From an uncultured virus (IMG/VR IMGVR_UViG_3300023210_000023) (Duplodnaviria > Heunggongvirae > Uroviricota > Caudoviricetes): a stretch of DNA of 20,000 nucleotides. Every line of letters begins with the position of its first letter. Within the stretch, counting starts at the first letter, position 1. Of the stretch, positions 8,195 to 15,909 are shown in pieces. Below the pieces are notes generated by a model, which saw nothing but the letters and a program-made list of their open reading frames with translations, made no database searches and was not told where the DNA came from. The stretch is taken from IMG/VR virus record IMGVR_UViG_3300023210_000023; one strand, 5' to 3'. Both the position numbers and the translations under genes were made by a program.

Positions 8195-11100
8195 ATGCCA
8201 GTAACAATTAATTTAGGGAGAATAAATAAATGCAAGATTGTAGGTTGTAAGAACCGTTTCATTGAAGCTAGATGTACAGAAGAGCCAGTTATAGAAAGTT
8301 GGGACTGTGACTATAATGGTAACTGTTATGATCCTGGAACCGGTCAAGGTGAATGGCCAGATGAAGCAACATGTTTAGCACAACCAGCTTATAGTAATAG
8401 TTGTGCTGGTCTAACTGATACAGGAGTTACTGGTTGGAGTGGAGTGCCTCAATTTGATTATTTAAGTGCTAATGGTCTAAATGATTCATCTTTATATACA
8501 TTTAATCTTTTTATAAATGGTCCATGTACAACGTGTTGTGAGCATCCTAATGGTGGATATTATTATCAAATGTCCATGGTAGTAAAACAGCGTGGAGTCA
8601 CAGTTTGGTTAGGAAGTAATATTGCTACAATGATAACTTATCTGCAAGGTCAAGGTATGGCAGTTACTCCAGGTATGGATTTTGTTACGCTTCATAACAT
8701 AATACATGCTTTTTGGCCTGCTTCACCACCTGGTTCAGCTGTAAGTAGTCTAGGAATTGTTACTGATGGTTGTCAATGTTTTGGTTGTGGTGGATCTACA
8801 CCAGCAAGTTGGGATTGTCTTATAGGGTCTGCTGGTCCTTATTGTGATGATCCAGGAACAGGTAATGGTCAGCATGGTTCATTAGCTGCTTGTAATGCAG
8901 CTCTTGCTGCAGGTGTTATTAATAGTTGTGATACAAACAATGCAGCAGGTGGTGCTAGAGTAAATGCTTCAGCAGGAATGATTTTTGCTACTGAACAAGA
9001 TGCTATAGGTTATTATACTAATCCTGCTAACGGTATTAGTGGAACGGATGCTAGTACTCTTTTCTTTGAAATAGCAGAAAATATTTTAACAAATCCATGT
9101 CAATCTTTTGCATCTAATACATCTTGTTGTGAAGGACCGAATAGTACTACAGGTTCTCCTACATATATGTTCTATATTCCTTATCTGTATATACATTATG
9201 GATTTATTTCAACAATGGGTTGTACGTGCCAATCTATAGCAGGAAATGCTACTAATGGTAATGCTGTTTGTGATTGTTGTAGTTCTGCTGCAGGAATGGG
9301 TATTAATAATCAACCTATCTCAGCATTAGTTGGATTTTGTCATCCAGAATGGGCAACTTCAGCTGACTACAATGGTGTATATGGTATGAGTGATTTAGGT
9401 GTTACTCAGTCTTGGAGTTGGGATGACCTTCTTAATGATGCTATAGCAGTGGGAATACCAGTGACTATGAATACACCCTATATGGTAGGTGGAAATGTTT
9501 TAGATCCTGGAGCATTTACACAAATAGTTTGGGATTATTTAGACACTAACCCTAGTCCAGACCCAGATTCTAATTGTCATAATTGTTCAACAAATAATTC
9601 TTGTTATCAAGCTTGTCCTAATCCTAATGCATGGGGAGGATATACTGCTTGTAGCAGGCCAATAATATGTTTAAGCGGAGAGGTGTGTGAATGTGAAGCA
9701 TCTTGTACTGAGATAACATATGACTGTGACCCTATAACCCAAACGTGTTTTGATCCTTTCCCAGCAGTTGGAGCATATACAGGACCTACTGCATTAGCAG
9801 ATTGTCAAGCTGCGGGTTGTGGTCCTATTACTCCTTCTTGGGAATGTGCTGATGGTAATTGTCAAGATCCACAAGATGGTACAGGTCAGTATGCAACATT
9901 TGCATTATGTGTAGCTAGTGGTGGTGTTAATACTTGTATAGATGCTGGATTTACTTTAATACCAGCTTATGACCCTTACCCTATATCGGGAGGTATGGGA
10001 AATTCTACTGTATGGGCATGGATGCAAGCAAATCCTAACGTACAATTAGATCAATATTATTATGAATTTGATTGCGGTTTAGGACCACAAGGTAATGATT
10101 GTGTAGGCTCAAACGGAGGGTGTTTAATTACTTTACAGTGTTTAACACAACAATTTGGTGATGGTGTTAGTGCTCCTGGTACTGTATGTGTAAATACTGG
10201 TTTTGCCAATTGTAATTGTGCTGCTACTTATGCTGATTGGATAACATTTGCACAAACTTTTGTTCCTACTTTAACTTTAGCTATGACTTGGACTCAAGCT
10301 TTTAATGAGATAGAAACTGCTTTAGGTCCAGTTGGTGGAACAACACTTGGTGCGCTTAATTGGGACCTTGGTATAGTAACGCAAAGTCAAAATACTCCTA
10401 TTGGTGGTGGTCCTTTTCTTGGTAATTGTCAATGTACAGATTGTGGTGATGAGCCATATGAATGTGTTCCAGGATCAGGTTGTATACAACAAGCAGGCGG
10501 ACAATATCCTACACTAGCTGATTGTAATGCAGCAAACGCTCCTACTAATTCTTGTGATACTACAACTGTAGTACCTACTCCTCAAGCAGATTATTTAGAA
10601 GCAGCAATAGAACTTTCAACAAATTATTCTACTGTAGATATTACTACTCTTTCAACACAAATAGTTACAGCAAATCCTTGTAAACCAGCTCTTCAGGCTA
10701 ATCAAACACATTGTGAAGGAAAAGAAGGTCATCCGATGTATAAATTTGGTGCATATACATTTATAGATACACAAACAGGTGGTCCTTTAGCAGGTCTTGC
10801 TGCAGGTTATACTAAGTGGTCAGATTTTTTAACGGCAGCTCAAGCTATTCCTATTGCAGGTATATCAGGATCAACAACATTTGATGATGCTTGTACTGCA
10901 ATTAATGCACATTATACTACAGCTGCTTGTAATACTTGTCCTAACCCAGTAACTAATGATGTAGTTCCAGGATATTGGGATCTTACAAATGGAATTGGAC
11001 CGGGTTCTATGAATAATAATTTAGCTGGCATTGCAGCTATAGATGGCCTTGTCAATTATATAACTACACAAGCTAACGGTTATACTAGTAAAAATGGATA

Positions 11101-14080
11101 TGATGGGTCTTGCACTGCTGGTGAGTATACTATTATTCCTGAAACAGTTAATGGTCAATGTACTTCATCTTCTGGAGCGGCATTGGATTGTAGTACAGCT
11201 CCTAATGGTTGTTTCTATATGACTGGTATCCGTTTTACACTTCTAAATTTTGTCCTACCAAATGGACCACATTATACAAACTGGGATGCTTTACTTGCAG
11301 ATTTAGTTGCAGATGGTTGTCCAGGTGTAACTCTTACAAGTAGTATGTGTGATATAAAACCTTGTACTGGTGGAACAAATACTGTAAATTATATAAACGC
11401 TCACTATGGTGGATTAGTTAATGCGGGTATAACTGTTTCTTATACTCCATGTGTGTGTGGCGGTTCTACCGTAACTCCAGTATGTAATTTAACATATGAG
11501 TGTTGTGTGTGTGAAGAAGGATGTCCACCTGTAGAACCACCTTCTAGGGGAGAATGTCTTACATTATGGTTACATGCAGATAAAATGAGTAGTATAGTAA
11601 CATCTCCTACATATCCTGCATTCCCTCCAAATTTAGGAGGAACAACATACTATGTTGAAGAATGGCATAATTTAGCATATGACAGTACTGTAGGTGTATA
11701 TCCTTATGATCCTACTGCGTTCTACACATGGGATAGAATAACACCTGATTTTTCAACTGCACCAATATTAGATTTAACTACATTTGCTCCTCATAAAGCA
11801 ATAATGTTTGATGAAATTGGAAACAATCAAAAGTTTTTAATTGCTAATCCAACTGGTCCAGCAGTTTTACCGTTAGAGCCAGATACTAACCCTAACGTTG
11901 CGTATGATAAAGGATGGACAATATTCTTTAGACGTTGCACAACTGAAATAGGATGGGTTAACCCTTTGTCTTGGTTTATGGGTGATGACTGGACACAGAC
12001 TACTCCTGGTGCAAAAGAAAAAGCATCTGGTTTAAAACCTGCAGGGCAACCTTATTGTAGAAGTATAATGCTTGGACACAATCATGCAAATGAATCTACT
12101 CCAGATAATCAGTATGAAGCTTCATACATTAATGAAAATAATCCAGCAGGTGGAAACTTATATTTACCAGAAGGATGTTATACACATTGGATAAGAGCAT
12201 GTGAAACAAAACCAACAGGTACTGCTAATAATACATTTTACGTAACCTGGGGTATAGGTCCTAAGATATTATTCAATGACATAATTAAAGATGTTAATAT
12301 GGATATGATATTACAAAATATTAATACTAAAAATAGAGATAAAGATTCTACACAGTCCGGATGGTATCAAGAAATAAGAGCATATAATTGCTGCTTTGAT
12401 AAAGATGAAGTTAGACAAGAATATCTAAGTATAGATAATTATTGGGGTAATACTTTAATGCCTCAACAGTTACCTGCTCCATGTGGTGATCCTACTAACG
12501 TAGGTAACGTTATTAAATTTGATGGTGTAGATCAAACTAGAGTAGAAGTTGTAGAAGCTTTTGGTAATGAATCTATATTACCAAGTAATGCTGGATTTAC
12601 TGCAGCGTTTTGGGTTAGAATGGATGACTGTGTAGATGAAGATGCTTGTTTCTTTGAGAAAGGTATTAATTGGCCTGGTGGCAATGAGGAGGTGTCATTT
12701 AGGTTATATTTAACTGATGATGCTGCTGAAGTTGGTCGCCTTTATTGGGATGTATTTGGTGATAACCCTGTTAGTTATTTAGGTAATTATGGTAGATCAA
12801 AATCTACTGTAGCATGGTTAGGAGAATCTAGCTGTGCAAACTTAATAGGTAAATGGAAACATATAGCTGTTACAATGGATGGGCTTACAGGTATAAATAG
12901 AAAGATTTATATTAATGGAGTTGATGTAACTAATGCAACAAGTACAAATATTTCAGGAAAAGTTAAAAGAAATAGTAATTATCCTCTTGTAATAGGGGAT
13001 AGCTCTAGAGTTGACTATACATTTAAAGGTGAGTTTTCTCAGTTTATGACATGGAATAAATCTTTAACTCAAGGAGAAATACAAGATGTGTATAATAATG
13101 GAGGAATGTTTGATCCAGATGTAAATACACCTTCTACTTTTGCAGAGATATTAGGTCAAAAACCTTATGAAGATAAAGATAGGTTAACATTCTATACAAA
13201 CTTTGATTCTGATCCTATTACACATGAGACACAACATTCATATACTATAACTAAGTATGGTGGTGTTACTCTTGAAAATACTACAGATGTAGATAATGCT
13301 GTATTACCTACAGACATTCCTAATTTACAGTGTTGGTTTAGAGCTGGCACTAAACAATTATTTGACTTAGATGTTAGTAATAATAAGATTAGTAGAGCAA
13401 CATATATGCTTGGTAATACTCCACATCTTAAAGACAAGATAAGAATATGGGAGTGTAATGGTAATACAGGTAGATATTGTATGCCTGATTTAGTTAATAC
13501 TCAAGCAGATAAGATGCTGTATCAACAAACAACAGAAGCTTCTGCTATTATTGCACCAGGTGGATTATATACAAATGGTTCTAAACAGCTTCAAATATTC
13601 CACACTAGAGCAGATGGTGGTCTTGATTTTCCTGCTGCTGATGGTACATTAGGTGCATTTACTATTATGCTTAAGATAAGATTAGAAACTTTTAGTAATG
13701 AAGCTGTATATGGTAACACTACAGATAATATGATGAGAGTTAATAATACTACTACAGTAAGATTTAAGATTGGTGGAGCAGGATCTTCTGACTTTACAGT
13801 ACCTAGTGCTATGACAGATGCCCAACCTTATATATTTACTTTACAAAGAGATGCTGCGGGTAATCTAAGAGCATATATAGATGGTGGTGCTTTTACTGAT
13901 CAATTATTAACAGGTAGTTTTACTGACACAGATGCATTTGTTATTGATTATTTAGGTGGAGTTCCTAGTCAGGGTATGCAAGGATGGTTATTTGATTTCA
14001 TAGCTTGGGGAACACTTTTAAATGATGCGCAAAGACAAGCACAGTATAGAACAATTAATCAAACAATAAGAACACTATAA
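8195..14080 (+). CDS. 1961-aa putative tail fibre / receptor-binding virion protein with Cys-rich repeats and C-terminal LamG/ConA-like domains
   Basis: Uninterrupted 5.9-kb ORF. The N-terminal ~1100 aa is rich in Cys/Gly/Thr with internal repeats. LamG signature FTAAFWVR...WKHIAVT.DG...KIYINGV...LVIG...FKGEFSQFMTWNKSLT..EI (~12510-13095) is flanked by two LxLWxxA-type domains (CLTLWLHAD ~11555; NLQCWFRAG ~13322). Confidence 0.75.
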   Translation: MPVTINLGRINKCKIVGCKNRFIEARCTEEPVIESWDCDYNGNCYDPGTGQGEWPDEATCLAQPAYSNSCAGLTDTGVTGWSGVPQFDYLSANGLNDSSLYTFNLFINGPCTTCCEHPNGGYYYQMSMVVKQRGVTVWLGSNIATMITYLQGQGMAVTPGMDFVTLHNIIHAFWPASPPGSAVSSLGIVTDGCQCFGCGGSTPASWDCLIGSAGPYCDDPGTGNGQHGSLAACNAALAAGVINSCDTNNAAGGARVNASAGMIFATEQDAIGYYTNPANGISGTDASTLFFEIAENILTNPCQSFASNTSCCEGPNSTTGSPTYMFYIPYLYIHYGFISTMGCTCQSIAGNATNGNAVCDCCSSAAGMGINNQPISALVGFCHPEWATSADYNGVYGMSDLGVTQSWSWDDLLNDAIAVGIPVTMNTPYMVGGNVLDPGAFTQIVWDYLDTNPSPDPDSNCHNCSTNNSCYQACPNPNAWGGYTACSRPIICLSGEVCECEASCTEITYDCDPITQTCFDPFPAVGAYTGPTALADCQAAGCGPITPSWECADGNCQDPQDGTGQYATFALCVASGGVNTCIDAGFTLIPAYDPYPISGGMGNSTVWAWMQANPNVQLDQYYYEFDCGLGPQGNDCVGSNGGCLITLQCLTQQFGDGVSAPGTVCVNTGFANCNCAATYADWITFAQTFVPTLTLAMTWTQAFNEIETALGPVGGTTLGALNWDLGIVTQSQNTPIGGGPFLGNCQCTDCGDEPYECVPGSGCIQQAGGQYPTLADCNAANAPTNSCDTTTVVPTPQADYLEAAIELSTNYSTVDITTLSTQIVTANPCKPALQANQTHCEGKEGHPMYKFGAYTFIDTQTGGPLAGLAAGYTKWSDFLTAAQAIPIAGISGSTTFDDACTAINAHYTTAACNTCPNPVTNDVVPGYWDLTNGIGPGSMNNNLAGIAAIDGLVNYITTQANGYTSKNGYDGSCTAGEYTIIPETVNGQCTSSSGAALDCSTAPNGCFYMTGIRFTLLNFVLPNGPHYTNWDALLADLVADGCPGVTLTSSMCDIKPCTGGTNTVNYINAHYGGLVNAGITVSYTPCVCGGSTVTPVCNLTYECCVCEEGCPPVEPPSRGECLTLWLHADKMSSIVTSPTYPAFPPNLGGTTYYVEEWHNLAYDSTVGVYPYDPTAFYTWDRITPDFSTAPILDLTTFAPHKAIMFDEIGNNQKFLIANPTGPAVLPLEPDTNPNVAYDKGWTIFFRRCTTEIGWVNPLSWFMGDDWTQTTPGAKEKASGLKPAGQPYCRSIMLGHNHANESTPDNQYEASYINENNPAGGNLYLPEGCYTHWIRACETKPTGTANNTFYVTWGIGPKILFNDIIKDVNMDMILQNINTKNRDKDSTQSGWYQEIRAYNCCFDKDEVRQEYLSIDNYWGNTLMPQQLPAPCGDPTNVGNVIKFDGVDQTRVEVVEAFGNESILPSNAGFTAAFWVRMDDCVDEDACFFEKGINWPGGNEEVSFRLYLTDDAAEVGRLYWDVFGDNPVSYLGNYGRSKSTVAWLGESSCANLIGKWKHIAVTMDGLTGINRKIYINGVDVTNATSTNISGKVKRNSNYPLVIGDSSRVDYTFKGEFSQFMTWNKSLTQGEIQDVYNNGGMFDPDVNTPSTFAEILGQKPYEDKDRLTFYTNFDSDPITHETQHSYTITKYGGVTLENTTDVDNAVLPTDIPNLQCWFRAGTKQLFDLDVSNNKISRATYMLGNTPHLKDKIRIWECNGNTGRYCMPDLVNTQADKMLYQQTTEASAIIAPGGLYTNGSKQLQIFHTRADGGLDFPAADGTLGAFTIMLKIRLETFSNEAVYGNTTDNMMRVNNTTTVRFKIGGAGSSDFTVPSAMTDAQPYIFTLQRDAAGNLRAYIDGGAFTDQLLTGSFTDTDAFVIDYLGGVPSQGMQGWLFDFIAWGTLLNDAQRQAQYRTINQTIRTL
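8297..10560 (+). repeat. Five dispersed ~30-aa Cys repeats (S/T/P)-(W/Y)-(D/E)-C-x4-8-C-x-DP-x2-3-G-x-G-x-Y...A-x-C
   Basis: Copies begin at ~8297 (SWDCDYNGNCYDPGTGQGEW), ~8807 (SWDCLIGSAGPYCDDPGTGNGQH), ~9716 (TYDCDPITQTCFDPFPAVGAY), ~9836 (SWECADGNCQDPQDGTGQY) and ~10454 (PYECVPGSGCIQQAGGQY). Four of them are followed by NSC/NTC. Confidence 0.85.
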
Positions 14081-14093
14081 CGAAAAAACTTTT

Positions 14094-14228
14094 ATGTCAA
14101 AAAAAAGAAAGTTAAACAGTAAGAATCCTAAGTAGAAAGCAGATACGGGAGAAGAATTAGTTGTACTTAAAAAAGTTCCACTCTCTGGTAAAGCAAAAGG
14201 ATATGGGGTTTGGTATAAAAACAATTAA
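14094..14228 (+). pseudogene. Small basic gene interrupted by one in-frame TAG (nonsense allele, read-through or sequence error)
   Basis: MSKKRKLNSKNPK*KADTGEELVVLKKVPLSGKAKGYGVWYKNN*. ATG at 14094, TAG at 14133-14135, then 30 more sense codons to TAA at 14226-14228, which fills the gap before the promoter-like motif. Confidence 0.55.
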
Positions 14229-14255
14229 ATGAATAACTAGTATATATCTCAGATA

Positions 14256-14279
14256 TTTTGTATATTATAATATATAAAG
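14256..14279 (+). promoter_or_regulatory. Putative phage promoter TTTTGTATATTATAATATATAAAG
   Basis: Intergenic, ~30-50 nt upstream of ATG 14307; closely matches the 5120-5149 motif (GTATATTATA...ATA..TAAAG). Confidence 0.6.
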
Positions 14280-14306
14280 TGATTAAAAAAATTAAAATAA
14301 AATAAA

Positions 14307-14744
14307 ATGGCAGAAAAAATTCCAAAGAAGGGAGGAGGAAATGAAGGTGTAAGTGAAGGTAGATCAACACTCCGAGCTTCGTCAAGAGGTTTAGGAAGTG
14401 GTCTATTACTTGGTTTTAGTACTTGTAAAGCAGGTGGTGCAGTTGGTAAAACTTTAATACATCCTCTTAATAGACTTAGAGGTGTAGAACATTTAACAGG
14501 AGAAATAAAATTCTTTTTTGATTCTTGTAAAGGCGGTCTATTTGCTGATGTTGATACAGTTACATTAAGTATTGCTGATGAGCATGCTCCTGGTTGTTGG
14601 AGAACAATTACAAATATGTTGGGTGGTAAGTCAGCTGGAGAAACAATGGTATGGGTTTATAATGAATGTGCTAAAGGATATTTATCTGAAGCTCCAACGA
14701 TTCCTGGTGTAACAGCAATAGATATAACATTTGCAATAGCTTAA
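14307..14744 (+). CDS. Hypothetical protein
   Basis: 145-aa ORF with an A-rich leader (AAAATAAAATG) downstream of the promoter-like motif. Confidence 0.75.
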   Translation: MAEKIPKKGGGNEGVSEGRSTLRASSRGLGSGLLLGFSTCKAGGAVGKTLIHPLNRLRGVEHLTGEIKFFFDSCKGGLFADVDTVTLSIADEHAPGCWRTITNMLGGKSAGETMVWVYNECAKGYLSEAPTIPGVTAIDITFAIA

Positions 14745-14754
14745 AATTAAAACT

Positions 14755-14844
14755 ATGAAAGAATTTATATGTAAAGCATTATGCACAATTTCTTTTGGTA
14801 CTATCTGTTTAGGATGGTGCTCAAAGAAATGTTGTAAAAAATAA
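14755..14844 (+). CDS. 29-aa Cys-rich micro-protein (not in ORF track)
   Basis: MKEFICKALCTISFGTICLGWCSKKCCKK*; 6 Cys; A-rich leader (AATTAAAACTATG); tiles the gap between neighbouring genes. Confidence 0.65.
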   Translation: MKEFICKALCTISFGTICLGWCSKKCCKK

Positions 14845-14848
14845 CATC

Positions 14849-14959
14849 ATGCCAGCAAAGAAAAGCAAGATGAAACTTAAGTCTACTAAGAATACGACTA
14901 CCTATAAGAAAGGCGGTTGTGTTGGTCTTAAGAAAAGAAAATTAAGAAAAAGAAAGTAA
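14849..14959 (+). CDS. 36-aa Lys/Arg-rich micro-protein (not in ORF track)
   Basis: MPAKKSKMKLKSTKNTTTYKKGGCVGLKKRKLRKRK*; no acidic residues; TAATG overlap with the holin start at 14959. Confidence 0.7.
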   Translation: MPAKKSKMKLKSTKNTTTYKKGGCVGLKKRKLRKRK

Positions 14960-15351
14960 TGAGTATACTAAGTCAAATATTTAGCAGTGGTGCTACTGAA
15001 CTTGTTAAAGGTGTAGGGGGTGTTATAGACAACTTACATACATCAAAAGAAGAGAAACTAGCAGCAGAGTTAAAAGTTAAAGAACTTATTGCTAACTACG
15101 AGGTTCAAATGGAGAAAGAGATTTCTACCAGATGGCAAGCAGATATGAAATCAGACTCATGGTTAGCCAAGAACATAAGACCATTAGTATTAGCATTCTT
15201 AGTAGTATGTACAGTGCTTATGATCTTTATAGATGCGGGAACAATTCAGTTTGTAGTAGACGATGAATGGAAAACTTTATTACAATTAGTATTAATAACA
15301 GTGATTGGTGCTTACTTTGGTGGTAGATCATTAGAAAAAGTTAAGAAATAA
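14959..15351 (+). CDS. 3TM holin (GTA_holin_3TM-like)
   Basis: RWQADMKSDSWLAKNIRPLVL, two hydrophobic helices and C-terminal YFGGRSLEKVKK, typical of this family. Confidence 0.82.
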   Translation: MSILSQIFSSGATELVKGVGGVIDNLHTSKEEKLAAELKVKELIANYEVQMEKEISTRWQADMKSDSWLAKNIRPLVLAFLVVCTVLMIFIDAGTIQFVVDDEWKTLLQLVLITVIGAYFGGRSLEKVKK

Positions 15352-15434
15352 TGGGAAAATGTGTATGCGGTAAAACAAAAGCAGAAGACGGTGGTTGTGA
15401 TGGGTCTCACAAGGAAACTTGTAAGGATTCATAA
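15351..15434 (+). CDS. 27-aa stand-alone CDGSH iron-sulfur motif peptide (not in ORF track)
   Basis: MGKCVCGKTKAEDGGCDGSHKETCKDS*; C-x-C-x2-T-x6-CDGSH; ATG overlaps the holin stop (TAATG); ends in tandem TAA TAG. Confidence 0.78.
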   Translation: MGKCVCGKTKAEDGGCDGSHKETCKDS

Positions 15435-15469
15435 TAGTGTGATAGTGATACAAATCAAAACAAAATAAA

Positions 15470-15643
15470 ATGGAATGTAATTTTACAAATACTTGGACAG
15501 GTAAAGATAAGAAGAAGAAAACTATTTATGACGTGTCTATTAGATTAGGTAAGCTAACTTTATTGGAGTTATACTGTAATCCTGGAGTTGAACACCGTGC
15601 TGTATTGTTTAATTTTGGAGTATGTATCTGTGGCAAAGGCTAG
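15470..15643 (+). CDS. 57-aa hypothetical protein (not in ORF track)
   Basis: MECNFTNTWTGKDKKKKTIYDVSIRLGKLTLLELYCNPGVEHRAVLFNFGVCICGKG*; A-rich leader CAAAATAAAATG. Confidence 0.7.
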   Translation: MECNFTNTWTGKDKKKKTIYDVSIRLGKLTLLELYCNPGVEHRAVLFNFGVCICGKG

Positions 15644-15884
15644 AGATTATAAAAAAGAATATAAGAAATTTCAGTCATCTAAATCTGCTAAGAAGAAAAG
15701 GGCTAAACTGAATGCTTATAATAGAAAGAAAAAAACCTATGGAAATGGTGATGGCTTAGATGCCTCTCATAGAGGAGGGAAAATAGTTGGATTTGAAAAG
15801 TCTTCTAAGAACAAAGGTAGAAAAGAAAAATCCAGACTAAAAGGAAGTAAGAGAAAGAAAACCACTACAAGAAAAAAGAAATAA
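15630..15884 (+). CDS. Highly basic HNH-like (beta-beta-alpha-Me) small protein
   Basis: Probable GTG start at 15630 (MAKARDYKKEY). RDYKKEY...GDGLDASH...SSKNKGR resembles phage HNH-like proteins with a GDGxDVxH...SxNR pattern. Confidence 0.6.
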   Translation: MAKARDYKKEYKKFQSSKSAKKKRAKLNAYNRKKKTYGNGDGLDASHRGGKIVGFEKSSKNKGRKEKSRLKGSKRKKTTTRKKK

Positions 15885-15909
15885 TTAATTAAAACAAAAA
15901 TAGAAAATT

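Noticed and set aside
6037..8262. Minus-strand ORFs 6037-6297, 6774-6956, 7376-7567 and 8074-8262
   Set aside because: Antisense shadows of a coherent plus-strand operon; composition typical of reverse-complemented coding DNA.
8195..14080. Diversity-generating retroelement target, intein or CRISPR-like array
   Set aside because: No reverse transcriptase and no near-identical TR/VR pair seen by eye. The repeats are diverged protein-level modules without constant DNA repeats and spacers.
13192..14385. Minus-strand ORFs 13192-13437 and 14167-14385
   Set aside because: The first is antisense to the fibre gene; the second spans the AT-rich promoter and overlaps plus-strand genes.
15588..15629. 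TTG start given for the 98-aa ORF
   Set aside because: It overlaps the 57-aa ORF at 15470-15643 extensively; the in-frame GTG at 15630 gives a more plausible N-terminus.
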